A stretch of 64,000 nucleotides of DNA from Candidatus Kapaibacterium sp. (GTDB lineage: Bacteria; Bacteroidota; Ignavibacteria; Kapaibacteriales; UBA2268). The stretch spans positions 1,824,001 to 1,888,000 of the forward strand of contig OY762428.1 of assembly GCA_963665665.1 (NCBI GenBank), written 5' to 3'. Of this stretch, positions 38,645 to 49,896 are shown in pieces. Every line of letters begins with the position of its first letter. Within the stretch, counting starts at the first letter, position 1. Below the pieces are notes generated by a model. It saw nothing but the letters and a program-made list of their open reading frames with translations. It had not been told where the DNA came from and searched no databases. The translations under genes were made by a program, and so were the position numbers.

Positions 38645-39285
38645 TTTTATGGGGAAATGTATATTACAAAAGTCACTGCTCTGCAAATATAATATTATTA
38701 TCCATTAACCATATCTAATATATTTTTCCTTTGTGCTAAGTAGTTACTTTTAAAATATCTTTAAAATAAATAGTTTAGTTTGATATACTCAAAAAACAGT
38801 TTCTTCCGATTATTGTAATAGGCAACCTGAAAGACCATTAATCCTGGTACTTTGCAACACTTTTAAAATAATTTTCCAAATACTTCATTTTTAATTGTAA
38901 TGAAGTATTGTCAACATATTGATTTACGAGCGTTCCTGTAACTTATTGATTTTAGTTCAATGGTCAGGATTCACGAAAATTATTTTTCAATAATTAATGA
39001 ATATATTTTATCATATAAGCGAATATACATTAAGTACTCATTTCCAAGTTATGCCTTATACTTACTATAAATATCAAGAAGTTCCATAGCCCCAAAATCA
39101 ATTCATTATTAATCGAATTTATATTTGCAATTTTCCATTTCTATATTTTTCATTTGGTTAGCTCGAAAAGATTGTTTAGATTTGTACTCTCTGATTAAAG
39201 CCGTGAAAAATATTGCGGCTTTATAAGGAAAAACAGATATTTAAAGCTTCGATTACAACAATTATCGAAATTTATATCGAAATAA

Positions 39286-40713
<1,428 letters not shown>

Positions 40714-40743
40714 GATTTTCCTTCGGGAATTCAATTATTAAAA

Positions 40744-40774
40744 ACAAGAGCCTCCGACATTCGGGGGCTTTTGT
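40744..40774 (+). terminator. Rho-independent terminator of tpl
   Basis: ACAAGAGCCTCCGA...TCGGGGGCTTTTGT. Confidence 0.75.
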
Positions 40775-40832
40775 GATTTTTAAGGATAAATTATATCAAA
40801 AGAATCACTATCCAGCCGGATAAAAACAAAAA

Positions 40833-41501
40833 TCATTTCTCAGATTTTTTTTCCTTCATCGAAAGCAGCATCCCGTCTCCGACAGGAAGGAATGTATGTG
40901 TAAATTCCTTTTGTTTAAGTACGTATTTATTATATTCCCTTATAGCGTTTACTTCCACCATTCGGTCCGGCACATCCTCGGCAAGTCGTCCGTAAGCAAA
41001 AGCATTATCAGCAATTATAACTCCTCCTGCTGTTAAATGATTCCTTGCCAGGTTGAAATAATCCATGTATTCCTTTTTATCGGCATCCAAGAAAACAAAA
41101 TCAAAATCAGGGCCGGAGTACTCTTTCAGGAAATCAATCCCGGATCTATTCACAACTTTTATTTTCTCTTCCAGTCCTGCTGCCCTAACCTTCTTAATTA
41201 TAAACCAGGCGTATTCTTCATTGTACTCTACTGCTGTCAGCCTTCCGCCGTCACTCAGCGCACTTGCCATAGAAACTGCGGAATAACCGCCAAGTGAACC
41301 AATTTCAACTACATTATTTGCATTCATCAGTTTAATCAGGAATTGCAATACATTTGCCTGAAGTGGCGAAATATTTATTTCAGGCATAGCTTCTTCAATG
41401 GAATCTTTCCTGAGATTTTTCAGGAATTGGTCTTCAACGCCAAAATTATTATAAAGCCATGATTGCAGGCCGGGGGTTAACAGAATTTCTCCAACAGACA
41501 T
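40833..41501 (-). CDS. Class I SAM-dependent O-methyltransferase (caffeoyl-CoA/catechol type)
   Basis: VEIGSLGGYS, FDFVFLDADK, GGVIIADN and LPVGDG. Confidence 0.9.
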   Translation of the reverse strand: MSVGEILLTPGLQSWLYNNFGVEDQFLKNLRKDSIEEAMPEINISPLQANVLQFLIKLMNANNVVEIGSLGGYSAVSMASALSDGGRLTAVEYNEEYAWFIIKKVRAAGLEEKIKVVNRSGIDFLKEYSGPDFDFVFLDADKKEYMDYFNLARNHLTAGGVIIADNAFAYGRLAEDVPDRMVEVNAIREYNKYVLKQKEFTHTFLPVGDGMLLSMKEKKSEK

Positions 41502-41544
41502 ATTTCGCTCTTATTGTTTTCTAATTTTATTTTGAGATTAAATA

Positions 41545-42021
41545 TCATATCCTGAACTTACGGCGAATCTCCCGATCGGTTTCTTTTTTCTTATTGCTTT
41601 CGCGTTTGTCATATTTTCTTTTTGGCTTAGCCAACCCAAGTTCCACCTTTACATAAGGGCCGGAAAAATATATACTAAGAGGAATAATTGTCATCCCTTT
41701 TTCGGCAACCTGGGCTTTCAGTTTGCGAATTTCCCTGAGGTTCAGAAGCAGTTTGCGTGGGCGTTTGGGTTCATGGTTATACCTGTTACCATGGTCATAC
41801 TGGTTGATATGCAGGTTGAAAATATATATTTCCTCGTCATTTTTATACTGAAATCCTGCGTAAGCATCCTGTAGACTGACCTTTCCGTTTCGTAAAGATT
41901 TAACTTCAGTGCCCTGAAGAACAATACCGGCCTCGTAAACCTGGGCAATGATATAGTCATGATAAGCACGCCTGTTCTTGGATATTAACCTGATTTCCCG
42001 TTCTTTATAATCTTCAACCAT
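41545..42021 (-). CDS. smpB: SsrA-binding protein
   Basis: NRRAYHDY, EAGIVL.GTEVKSLR and YDKRE. Confidence 0.97.
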   Translation of the reverse strand: MVEDYKEREIRLISKNRRAYHDYIIAQVYEAGIVLQGTEVKSLRNGKVSLQDAYAGFQYKNDEEIYIFNLHINQYDHGNRYNHEPKRPRKLLLNLREIRKLKAQVAEKGMTIIPLSIYFSGPYVKVELGLAKPKRKYDKRESNKKKETDREIRRKFRI

Positions 42022-42824
42022 TTTTTCTGCCTGTAACTACTAATATATTCCAAAGTCTGCAAATATAGCAATAATTAGGGGAAAATCTGATTATCATAAT
42101 TTTTAACATCAAAGTTACCTTTTATTTCGAGGCAACATGTATTGTAAGAAACGGGAAATGTACGGCCATTAAATCGCCTATGGTACATTCATTAAAAATA
42201 TCTGGTAAAAAGAACAGCTCCTTCAGAAATACAATGGATCACATTCAATATACTTAATGCAAACAAGCCCGTACATCTCCAGAACAAAAGCTTATTTGTT
42301 ATGGGAAATTGCTTTAACAGGCAGGAAATTTATTCATGGGTCGGGCTTAATACTAAGAATATATCAGTGTACTTCAAATTAATAACAATAGAATGAGTAT
42401 ATATCCTATTAACGATACTACTCAATATAAAGAAAAAATATATTAGATTTTTAAAATACCCAAAAATGTCACTTTGAACTAAGTGAAGAGTCTATTCTTC
42501 ATGAATTTATCATAAAAATAAGTGAATTTTTCAGTCGCAAGCTGCGAAAGCCTGCCACTGCCTGTACCGATTTATCGGTGACAAGTCAGGGAAAGACAAT
42601 TTTGCAATTATTCTTTTCAAAGCAGAATAATATCATTTTTGCTGAGTAGTAACCTATTAACTAATAAGCTATTTTATATTGTGCTATGGGAAATTATCAT
42701 TATAACATCCCCGTCCTGATCCTCCCGGGGGAGTATCAGGACAAAGCCGAATATGGTAGCTCAATAATCAGAACCGCAAGGTCAGAAATTGAGTTGGTTG
42801 CGGATTCTTAAAATTGATGTTGTT

Positions 42825-43475
42825 TCATTTTGCAATATGATAATCCAGCAAATCCATTGTTGTAATTTTTTCATAATTTCCCCTGTCGAAATTCCCTTTT
42901 ATTCTAACCAGGCCTATACCTTCGGCAAAATAATACTTGGCGTTCCAGACTTGCAACTCAGTTCCGTCCTTTGTTTGATAAAAATGATTGGCTAAAAGGC
43001 AATTGAAATTTCCGGCATCAAGTTCAACATTAACATTTTCCTGAATTCTGATTTTATAATCAACAGTGTCTTTGTATTCTTCGTTGTTTCCCCAAACCAA
43101 TACTATGTTTTCCTGAATTGTATATACCTTGCCGTCGGCCCATGGATAAGGAATCACTTTGATATAACTGCCAGGATCAAAATAATAGCCGTCTTCTTTT
43201 TGATAATGCTTCATTGTATTATTGGTGGAAAAATAATTTTGAGTAATATAATAGGCTTCATATCCCTCCCCGATCTTATCAAGAACTTCGATCGTAACAG
43301 TATCTTCGTCACTAAATTCGGTACAATAAACTCTATAAGTATGGTAGGTTCCTATAGTAGACGGAATATCAAACATTTCGTTGCCAGACTGACTGACAGG
43401 ATCGTCATCGCTGCAGGAAAAAAAAGAAACAGCCAATAATAAAAATAGAAAAACAGATTTCTTAACGCTCAACAT
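42825..43475 (-). CDS. Hypothetical lipoprotein
   Basis: Lipobox FFSC; C-terminal V...AGNF.C...YFAEGIGLV beta-meander. Confidence 0.78.
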   Translation of the reverse strand: MLSVKKSVFLFLLLAVSFFSCSDDDPVSQSGNEMFDIPSTIGTYHTYRVYCTEFSDEDTVTIEVLDKIGEGYEAYYITQNYFSTNNTMKHYQKEDGYYFDPGSYIKVIPYPWADGKVYTIQENIVLVWGNNEEYKDTVDYKIRIQENVNVELDAGNFNCLLANHFYQTKDGTELQVWNAKYYFAEGIGLVRIKGNFDRGNYEKITTMDLLDYHIAK

Positions 43476-43621
43476 TTTACACCTCTGAAAAATAATAACA
43501 AAAGATTATTATGTTTATTGAATTGTAAAACTAATATTATTATTCAGAAAAACCAAATATCTGAATTGTTTTGTATTTAGCCCTTGTTGATTTTGTATTA
43601 GTTCGAGCTGTATAAAAATAT

Positions 43622-43651
43622 AAAAGCCCGTATTTTTAACAAAAACGGGCT
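43622..43651 (-). terminator. Terminator-like hairpin after the GPx gene
   Basis: AGCCCGT...ACGGGCT with flanking A/T tracts. Confidence 0.55.
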
Positions 43652-43674
43652 GATTTTTAAATTTAAAATTTTTT

Positions 43675-44445
43675 TTAATTTTTAATAAACGGAGTTGTTT
43701 TTCCGTCAATGATAACGAAATACAGGCCCGGAATCAAGGTGGAAATATCAATTTTCCCGGAATTATTGGAAGCAACAGGCTGAATAACTTCAGTGCCAAT
43801 GCTGCTGACGATTCTGATTTCCTTAAATTCAATATCAGGAATAATTATATAGTCGCTGGCCGGGTTAGGATAAACAGCAACTTGTGTATTGTTGAGTTCC
43901 TCTACCGAATTCGGAGTCAGCCATTCGGTTATTACAGAATTCATTGGGCTAACCTGTGTAGCCACCCAGCGATATAAAGTGCCGTCTTCATTTATCAGGT
44001 ATTTCTGGAAGTTCCACTGCACTTCCGAATCCATAACGCCATTTTTATCTTTTTGGGTTAGCCATTGGTAAACGGGATGAATATCAGCGCCTTTCACCGA
44101 TATTTTGGACATCATGGTAAAAGTAACCCCATAAGTAGATTTGCAAAAATCTTCAATGTCTTCATCCGAGCCGGGCTCCTGGTTCATGAAGTTATTTGCA
44201 GGAAAACCGATTATCTCGAAATTATCCCCGCCGTATTCTTCATAAAGCTGCTGTAACTGAGCGTACTGGGATGTATAACCGCAATACGATGCTGTATTGA
44301 CTATTAGCAGCTTTTTGCCTTCAAGTTCAGAAAAACTTAACGAATCACCATTTATTTTCTTTGCGCCAAGACTGTAAAAATCTTCGGCAGCAAAACTAAT
44401 CAACGGAATTAAAAGCAAAAAAATTATTGTAGAAATACGTTTCAT
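43675..44445 (-). CDS. Cys-type glutathione peroxidase with signal peptide and T9SS CTD
   Basis: VNTASYCGYT, GFPANNFMNQEPG and WNFQKYLI; C-terminal VYPNPAS...IST L.PGLYFV CTD. Confidence 0.92.
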   Translation of the reverse strand: MKRISTIIFLLLIPLISFAAEDFYSLGAKKINGDSLSFSELEGKKLLIVNTASYCGYTSQYAQLQQLYEEYGGDNFEIIGFPANNFMNQEPGSDEDIEDFCKSTYGVTFTMMSKISVKGADIHPVYQWLTQKDKNGVMDSEVQWNFQKYLINEDGTLYRWVATQVSPMNSVITEWLTPNSVEELNNTQVAVYPNPASDYIIIPDIEFKEIRIVSSIGTEVIQPVASNNSGKIDISTLIPGLYFVIIDGKTTPFIKN

Positions 44446-44621
44446 ATTACTCTTCCTGCAAAATATTAAAAATACTAATCAGCAATATAGTATTTTTTCT
44501 ATTTCAAAAAAATTTATTTAAGCCTGTGAAAAAATATCCAGGTTTAAAAAATATTCATTGCTTTATGAATGATTTTTTTTTATTATTCTGCTGACGGATT
44601 AGAACAAAAAAAGGATGGATC

Positions 44622-46937
44622 ATGAAAAAAATATATGTTTTTATTCTTCTTGCTATTTTACCAGCAGTATTGCCGGCTCAAAAATTGGTAAAAGAAATTA
44701 ATCTTTCTGCCGGTTCAGCTTTTATACACAACTCGGCCGGGCCGGTAATACTAAAATCCGATGATGCCAGGCTAAGAATTGTTGCAGCAAACACACTGAG
44801 TTCCAATATAACCATACTGCATACACGCTCGGGTGCTGTTGTTAATATTCCCGTATCAGGCAGGGCATTGCAGCACCTGAAATCAGCATCGATGGCAATC
44901 AGCAAACGTACTGGATTTGTATATTTGTGCGGAATTAAAAAACTTATTGTAGTGAATCCGGATAACGGACAAGCAGAAAGCTATGATACTGAATATCAGT
45001 TCGAATCCGTTGCAGTAGATCCATCCAGCGGAAATGCTCTCCTTGCAGGAAGGGAATGTCCAGGGCTGGGATTTTATAATTACCAGGATAAAGAGTTTGA
45101 AATTATTGACTGGCTGGAATCCGGCGAAGAACTTAAAAATGAAAACCAGACACCACCCCCGCCCATAAGAAGAATAGCAGCATATCCATCAAAGAAAATG
45201 TTTATCGCTATAGACGGTTATGAAGCAAAAATGTATAATGTCGGGGCTGCTGACGGTAAAATACTATCCAACAGGGAATTAAACCTTACCAAAGGCGGGC
45301 GCTGGCATGTTGCCGGCCTGAATGACGGAACTGGTGCTATATATATTATGACGGAGAATAAAAGACGCCGCCCGGTGGAAGCTGCAAAAATCGACCTTAA
45401 GGGAAGTAAAGATATAATTGTGAAAATGGATCAGAATTTCAGCGAGCCGGCAGGAATAAATTATAATTCGTTGCTGGATGAAATGTATGTTCCATACGAC
45501 AACCAACCTTCAGTTCACGTTATTGATTTTAAAAAGGACGGTAAAATAAGTGAAATTGCAATTCCGGCTTACGGAAATGACGGCTCGGTGGTTGACGAGC
45601 AAAAACACCGATTGTATATCGCAAGCTGGGCCCTGGGAGAAATTGAAGTAATAGACCTGAAAAAAAGAAAATTTCTACACAGTTTCAAAAACCTTGGAAT
45701 TATTCCCCACATGTTCGCGTTTGCAATAAACAATCATAAACTTTATTATCCGGTTGGTGCAACTGCTGTTAACGGTTGCTTCGGGGCTTCCGTTACGGAA
45801 TTGGATCCAATGTCGGGTGATATTAATAAACATAATACCGGATGGTGCCCCGTTGATATAATCGACATGCCGTCGCGCAGCAGCGTTTTGGTATTCAACA
45901 ACGAGGATGAATTTGCCGAAATAGAATCAGACTATAAATTCAGGTTTCATAAACTGCCATGGCCACACCCTATTGCTTGTTGTGCCGGTAATGACGGAGA
46001 TATTCAGTTAAGTTACGGAGCTCACCAGTCATATTGGCCAAATGTTTATATCTGGGATTCCAAAAACGGAATACTGCGAATAGATGACAGACTAACTTTT
46101 CACGACAGGCGCATTCCTGCACAGGCACTTCAAATGATAAAAACTAATGACGGCAGGTTCTTCCTCAGCTCTAATAACTGGGGGCGGCGAGAACAGTTTA
46201 TCAGTGTACTCAGGGACGGGATACGCAAGCACGAAATCGGCGACAGAATAAGAATGCCCGATACAGTATCAAGAGAAACAACTCAAAGAATAATGAAATA
46301 CGACAGCGTTAACAATATTGTGTTTCTTTGCAGAGTTGGCGAAAAAGAAGGCGACCCGGGAATATTGCAGGTGATTTCTGCGGACAGCAATAAAGTGATT
46401 GCCAGGATGGAAACAGGGATTAATCCGACAGACCTGGCTTTTGACGACAACAAAATATATGTTGCCAATTTCGGTTCTGATAATATATATGTTTTCGACA
46501 GAAATAGTTATGAACTTTCTGGCCAAATAGAGATTGAAAAACCGCTAAAGATGACATCAATAAATAATACAATCCTTGCAGTAAGCCATAGCGGATCTAT
46601 TGTTCTTGATGTTACCAGCGAAAAAGAATATGACATTCCAACAGAAGGAAATCTGGAAAATATTTTTAATTGGGGTAAATATGCGTTAATAAGTGCTTTT
46701 ACACCTGATAATCTGACGATTTATTCAATAAATATGGAGAACAACGATTTAAAGCCAGTTTTTTCAAGCCCTTATAAATATGGAGAAACATCATTTGCCA
46801 CCACAAACTCGGCTTTTTATATGAGCGGACAGTACGGCGATGCTATTCTGTCGCTGACACGTGGTATTGAAAGGGCTGACGGTAGTTTTTGGATTTCAGA
46901 TTTTCTGTCCGGTAAAGTCTTTGTATTAGAGAATTAA
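44622..46937 (+). CDS. Exported YncE/YVTN-like beta-propeller protein
   Basis: Signal peptide; propeller blades such as P.DLAFDDNKIYVANFGSDNIYVFD. Confidence 0.7.
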   Translation: MKKIYVFILLAILPAVLPAQKLVKEINLSAGSAFIHNSAGPVILKSDDARLRIVAANTLSSNITILHTRSGAVVNIPVSGRALQHLKSASMAISKRTGFVYLCGIKKLIVVNPDNGQAESYDTEYQFESVAVDPSSGNALLAGRECPGLGFYNYQDKEFEIIDWLESGEELKNENQTPPPPIRRIAAYPSKKMFIAIDGYEAKMYNVGAADGKILSNRELNLTKGGRWHVAGLNDGTGAIYIMTENKRRRPVEAAKIDLKGSKDIIVKMDQNFSEPAGINYNSLLDEMYVPYDNQPSVHVIDFKKDGKISEIAIPAYGNDGSVVDEQKHRLYIASWALGEIEVIDLKKRKFLHSFKNLGIIPHMFAFAINNHKLYYPVGATAVNGCFGASVTELDPMSGDINKHNTGWCPVDIIDMPSRSSVLVFNNEDEFAEIESDYKFRFHKLPWPHPIACCAGNDGDIQLSYGAHQSYWPNVYIWDSKNGILRIDDRLTFHDRRIPAQALQMIKTNDGRFFLSSNNWGRREQFISVLRDGIRKHEIGDRIRMPDTVSRETTQRIMKYDSVNNIVFLCRVGEKEGDPGILQVISADSNKVIARMETGINPTDLAFDDNKIYVANFGSDNIYVFDRNSYELSGQIEIEKPLKMTSINNTILAVSHSGSIVLDVTSEKEYDIPTEGNLENIFNWGKYALISAFTPDNLTIYSINMENNDLKPVFSSPYKYGETSFATTNSAFYMSGQYGDAILSLTRGIERADGSFWISDFLSGKVFVLEN

Positions 46938-46939
46938 AC

Positions 46940-47569
46940 ATGGGAAACAAAGCTTTATTTTTTGATTTCGACGGGGTAATAATTGATGCCGTACCGATAA
47001 AAAACGATGCGGTCAGGGAACTATTTGCCGAATATGAAGGCCGGATACTTAATAAAATAATGGAATATCAAAAAAATACCGGTGGAATTTCCAGATACGA
47101 GAAATTCAGATATATCTATGCCAATATCCTAATCGAGCCTTTGCCGGACTATAAACTGGAAAAACTTGCCGGAAAGTTCAGCTCGATAATTAAAGAGAAA
47201 TTGATAAAAGCTGCGGTAATTCCGGGTGTAATTGATTTTATTTTCAAGTATAAAAAAAGATATAAAACTTATATTGTTTCCGGAACGCCGCAGCATGAAC
47301 TGGAAAAACTTGTAGAAGCAAGAGGATGGAGCAGTTTGTTCAATAAAATCTGCGGTTCACCTCCGGGCAAAAGCCTGCTGCTGCAAGAGCTGATAGATTC
47401 TGAAGGTATTGCTCCCTACAAATCAATTTTATTTGGTGATGCAATTGTTGATATGAATGCAGCAAATGATAATGATGTTAGTTTCGTGCTTGTCGATTCG
47501 CAGGACAATGCCGAATTGAAACAAGTTTGCCCGATTATTATCGCCGATTTTATTAATTTTGAACTTTAA
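46940..47569 (+). CDS. HAD family hydrolase (phosphoglycolate-phosphatase-like)
   Basis: FDFDGVIID, IVSGTP, K and FGD...D motifs. Confidence 0.9.
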   Translation: MGNKALFFDFDGVIIDAVPIKNDAVRELFAEYEGRILNKIMEYQKNTGGISRYEKFRYIYANILIEPLPDYKLEKLAGKFSSIIKEKLIKAAVIPGVIDFIFKYKKRYKTYIVSGTPQHELEKLVEARGWSSLFNKICGSPPGKSLLLQELIDSEGIAPYKSILFGDAIVDMNAANDNDVSFVLVDSQDNAELKQVCPIIIADFINFEL

Positions 47570-47595
47570 ATATTAGTAATACCAACAGGAACAAT

Positions 47596-48441
47596 ATGAA
47601 ATACCTTGTTCTGGGAAACAAAGGACAGCTTGGCAGGGAGTTTGAAGATACTTTTATCCAGAAGGGATACGACTTCTCCGCGTATGACATTGATAAGGTT
47701 GATATATCAAATTATAAAGATATCAAGTCGCTGATTGAATCAGTAAATCCTGGAATAATAATTAATTGTGCTGCTTATAATCAGGTAGATGCGGCTGAAT
47801 CAGATTATTATAGCGCCATGAAAGCTAATTACACAGGGCCGCTTAACTTAGTTAATATTTCAACAGACAGAAAAATTAAATTATTGCACTTTTCTACGGA
47901 CTATGTATATGACGGTGGCAAATCTGAACCATACAACGAAGATGATGAAGCCAATCCCCTTTCAATATATGCAAAATCCAAATACATGGGCGAAAGGGCA
48001 GTTCTTGAAAATTCCGACAAAAGCCTTGTGCTAAGGGTTAGCTGGGTATTTGGAAAGGGACGGCAGAATTTTATTTATCGCCTACTGCAATGGGCCGGGA
48101 AAAATCCGGAACTTAAAATTGTAACTGATGAAATATCGGTTCCCACATGGACGGGCAGTATTGTGGAAATATGCATGAAATCGTTGGAGCAGGGACTTTC
48201 AGGCTTGTATTGCTCACCAAACAGCGCTTCGGCATCCAGGTACGATTGGGCAGTGAAAGCAATGAAAATCCTTGGCAAGGATATTAAAATCATACCTTGT
48301 AAATCCGAAATTTTCGATCTGCCTGCAAAAAGGCCGGGCTACTCGGTAATGACAAACCAAAGAATATCGGAAACCCTGAGCATTGAAATTCCTGAATGGC
48401 ATGAGGTTCTGAACAGTTTTTTGCAAAACGAGATTATTTAA
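47596..48441 (+). CDS. rfbD: dTDP-4-dehydrorhamnose reductase
   Basis: GNKGQLG, NCAAYN.VD.AE, STDYVYDG, YAKSK and AKRP.YS. Confidence 0.93.
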   Translation: MKYLVLGNKGQLGREFEDTFIQKGYDFSAYDIDKVDISNYKDIKSLIESVNPGIIINCAAYNQVDAAESDYYSAMKANYTGPLNLVNISTDRKIKLLHFSTDYVYDGGKSEPYNEDDEANPLSIYAKSKYMGERAVLENSDKSLVLRVSWVFGKGRQNFIYRLLQWAGKNPELKIVTDEISVPTWTGSIVEICMKSLEQGLSGLYCSPNSASASRYDWAVKAMKILGKDIKIIPCKSEIFDLPAKRPGYSVMTNQRISETLSIEIPEWHEVLNSFLQNEII

Positions 48442-48691
48442 TTCTCTGTTAAGCACCTGATTTCTTGTTAGAAAATGAAATCACAATAATAGCTTTGATA
48501 GAAATCTTTGAAAAATAATTCTGACATCACCACGACTTTTATTCGGAAGGCTTATCGGAGATTAATCAGGAAGCTGTATAAAGCGCAGCTTGCTGCGGAA
48601 TAACTTTCCAAAATTTGCCTACATATTATATCCGTGATTGCAGGATAAACAGGCTTTTTTAAGTATTATCTAACAAAAATAAATCATATTC

Positions 48692-49771
48692 ATGATGAAA
48701 AAAATTATTCAAACAGTATTATTTATATTTTCAACAATTCTTGCTCTGCCTTCTTTTGCACAGGAATCACTGCCCGAATTGCTTGCCGCGTATAAAAAGG
48801 ATTCCCTTTGGATATTCATTGACCACACCGGGGCAGAAACTTTCAGGTCGGACAAAATTGTTGCTGTTGGCGGCATGAATGAAGGCCTGATAAGAACCCG
48901 TTATGATAATGGCAACGACACTGTCTGGGCTTTTTTCGATATTTATGGTAATAAAAAATTTGAAAGTAAATATTACCAGGTAAGAAATTTTTCCGACGGG
49001 ATGGCGCTGACAGTTCTGAAAAAAAATGATTACTATATCCGCTACGGCTACATAGATAATGAAGGAAATGAATTAATACCTCCTCAGTTTGCTGATGCCC
49101 GTGATTTCCACGAAGGCCTGGCTTATGCCATGCTTGGAAATAAAAGAGGATTTATAAACAAAAAAGGTGAATTTGTACTGGATATTGCAGACAGGTTCAG
49201 TTCAAAATTCAGCGAGGGGCTGGCACAAGTTTCTAACTCAGACTTTAAGTTCGGATTTATTGACAGGGAAGGCCAAACAGTAGTTCCATTTCGTTTCGAT
49301 GAAGCAAGGGATTTTAGTGAAGGGCTGGCTGCTGTTAATATAAATGCGGAATTCGGATATATTGATAGATCCGGCAATATTGTTATCGAGCCGAAATATG
49401 ATTTGTGCCGTGAGTTTTCCGAAGGGCATACATTTGTAGCAATTGCCGGTACTGATTTAAGGCGGAAATGGGGAATGATAAATAGTCAAGGTGAAAACCT
49501 CACTCCTTTTACTTACGACAACTACAGGGTTTTCAGCGAGGGGCTGGCTGCCGTTTATAAAAATAAAGAATGGCGTTATATCAACTCCAAAGGAGAAGCG
49601 GCATTTAACAGGTTCTTTTCAACTGCCGGGCCGTTCAAAGCAGGGCTTGCATGGGCAACCGATGCAACGAATCCTACTTACGGCTTTATTAACCGCTCAG
49701 GTTTTTATTCCTTCGAGATAGAGAAACCCGACCTTCTGATTGACCTGCGTTTTAACATCAGGGTTTACTAA
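48692..49771 (+). CDS. WG-repeat-containing exported protein
   Basis: Repeated FSEGLA.V...(Y/F/W)G(Y/F)I...G units. Confidence 0.9.
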   Translation: MMKKIIQTVLFIFSTILALPSFAQESLPELLAAYKKDSLWIFIDHTGAETFRSDKIVAVGGMNEGLIRTRYDNGNDTVWAFFDIYGNKKFESKYYQVRNFSDGMALTVLKKNDYYIRYGYIDNEGNELIPPQFADARDFHEGLAYAMLGNKRGFINKKGEFVLDIADRFSSKFSEGLAQVSNSDFKFGFIDREGQTVVPFRFDEARDFSEGLAAVNINAEFGYIDRSGNIVIEPKYDLCREFSEGHTFVAIAGTDLRRKWGMINSQGENLTPFTYDNYRVFSEGLAAVYKNKEWRYINSKGEAAFNRFFSTAGPFKAGLAWATDATNPTYGFINRSGFYSFEIEKPDLLIDLRFNIRVY

Positions 49772-49896
49772 GCAACAATTCGGTTACACAATTTCAAATA
49801 AGAAAATTCTTAAGATAATTTTTAATATCTTTATTAAATTCTCGTATCTTACGAGAATTTTTATTATAAATTGAAATTATCAATAGTCAGGATTTT

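Noticed and set aside
40833-41501. O-methyltransferase as partner of tpl (phenol methylation)
   Set aside because: It is convergent with tpl, separated by a terminator and co-oriented with smpB; no sequence evidence for a functional link.
42551-42600. Cobalamin-riboswitch-like words (GCCACTG ... AAGTCAGG)
   Set aside because: The upstream GGGAA/GGTG-AA-TCC elements are missing, and there is no downstream gene on that strand. Better explained as a REP-like hairpin.
42022-42824. Possible tmRNA (ssrA) next to smpB
   Set aside because: No GGGG 5' end or T-loop/CCACCA tRNA-like 3' end is visible on either strand.
43675-44445. Selenocysteine recoding in GPx
   Set aside because: The active-site codon is TGC (Cys), and there is no in-frame TGA.
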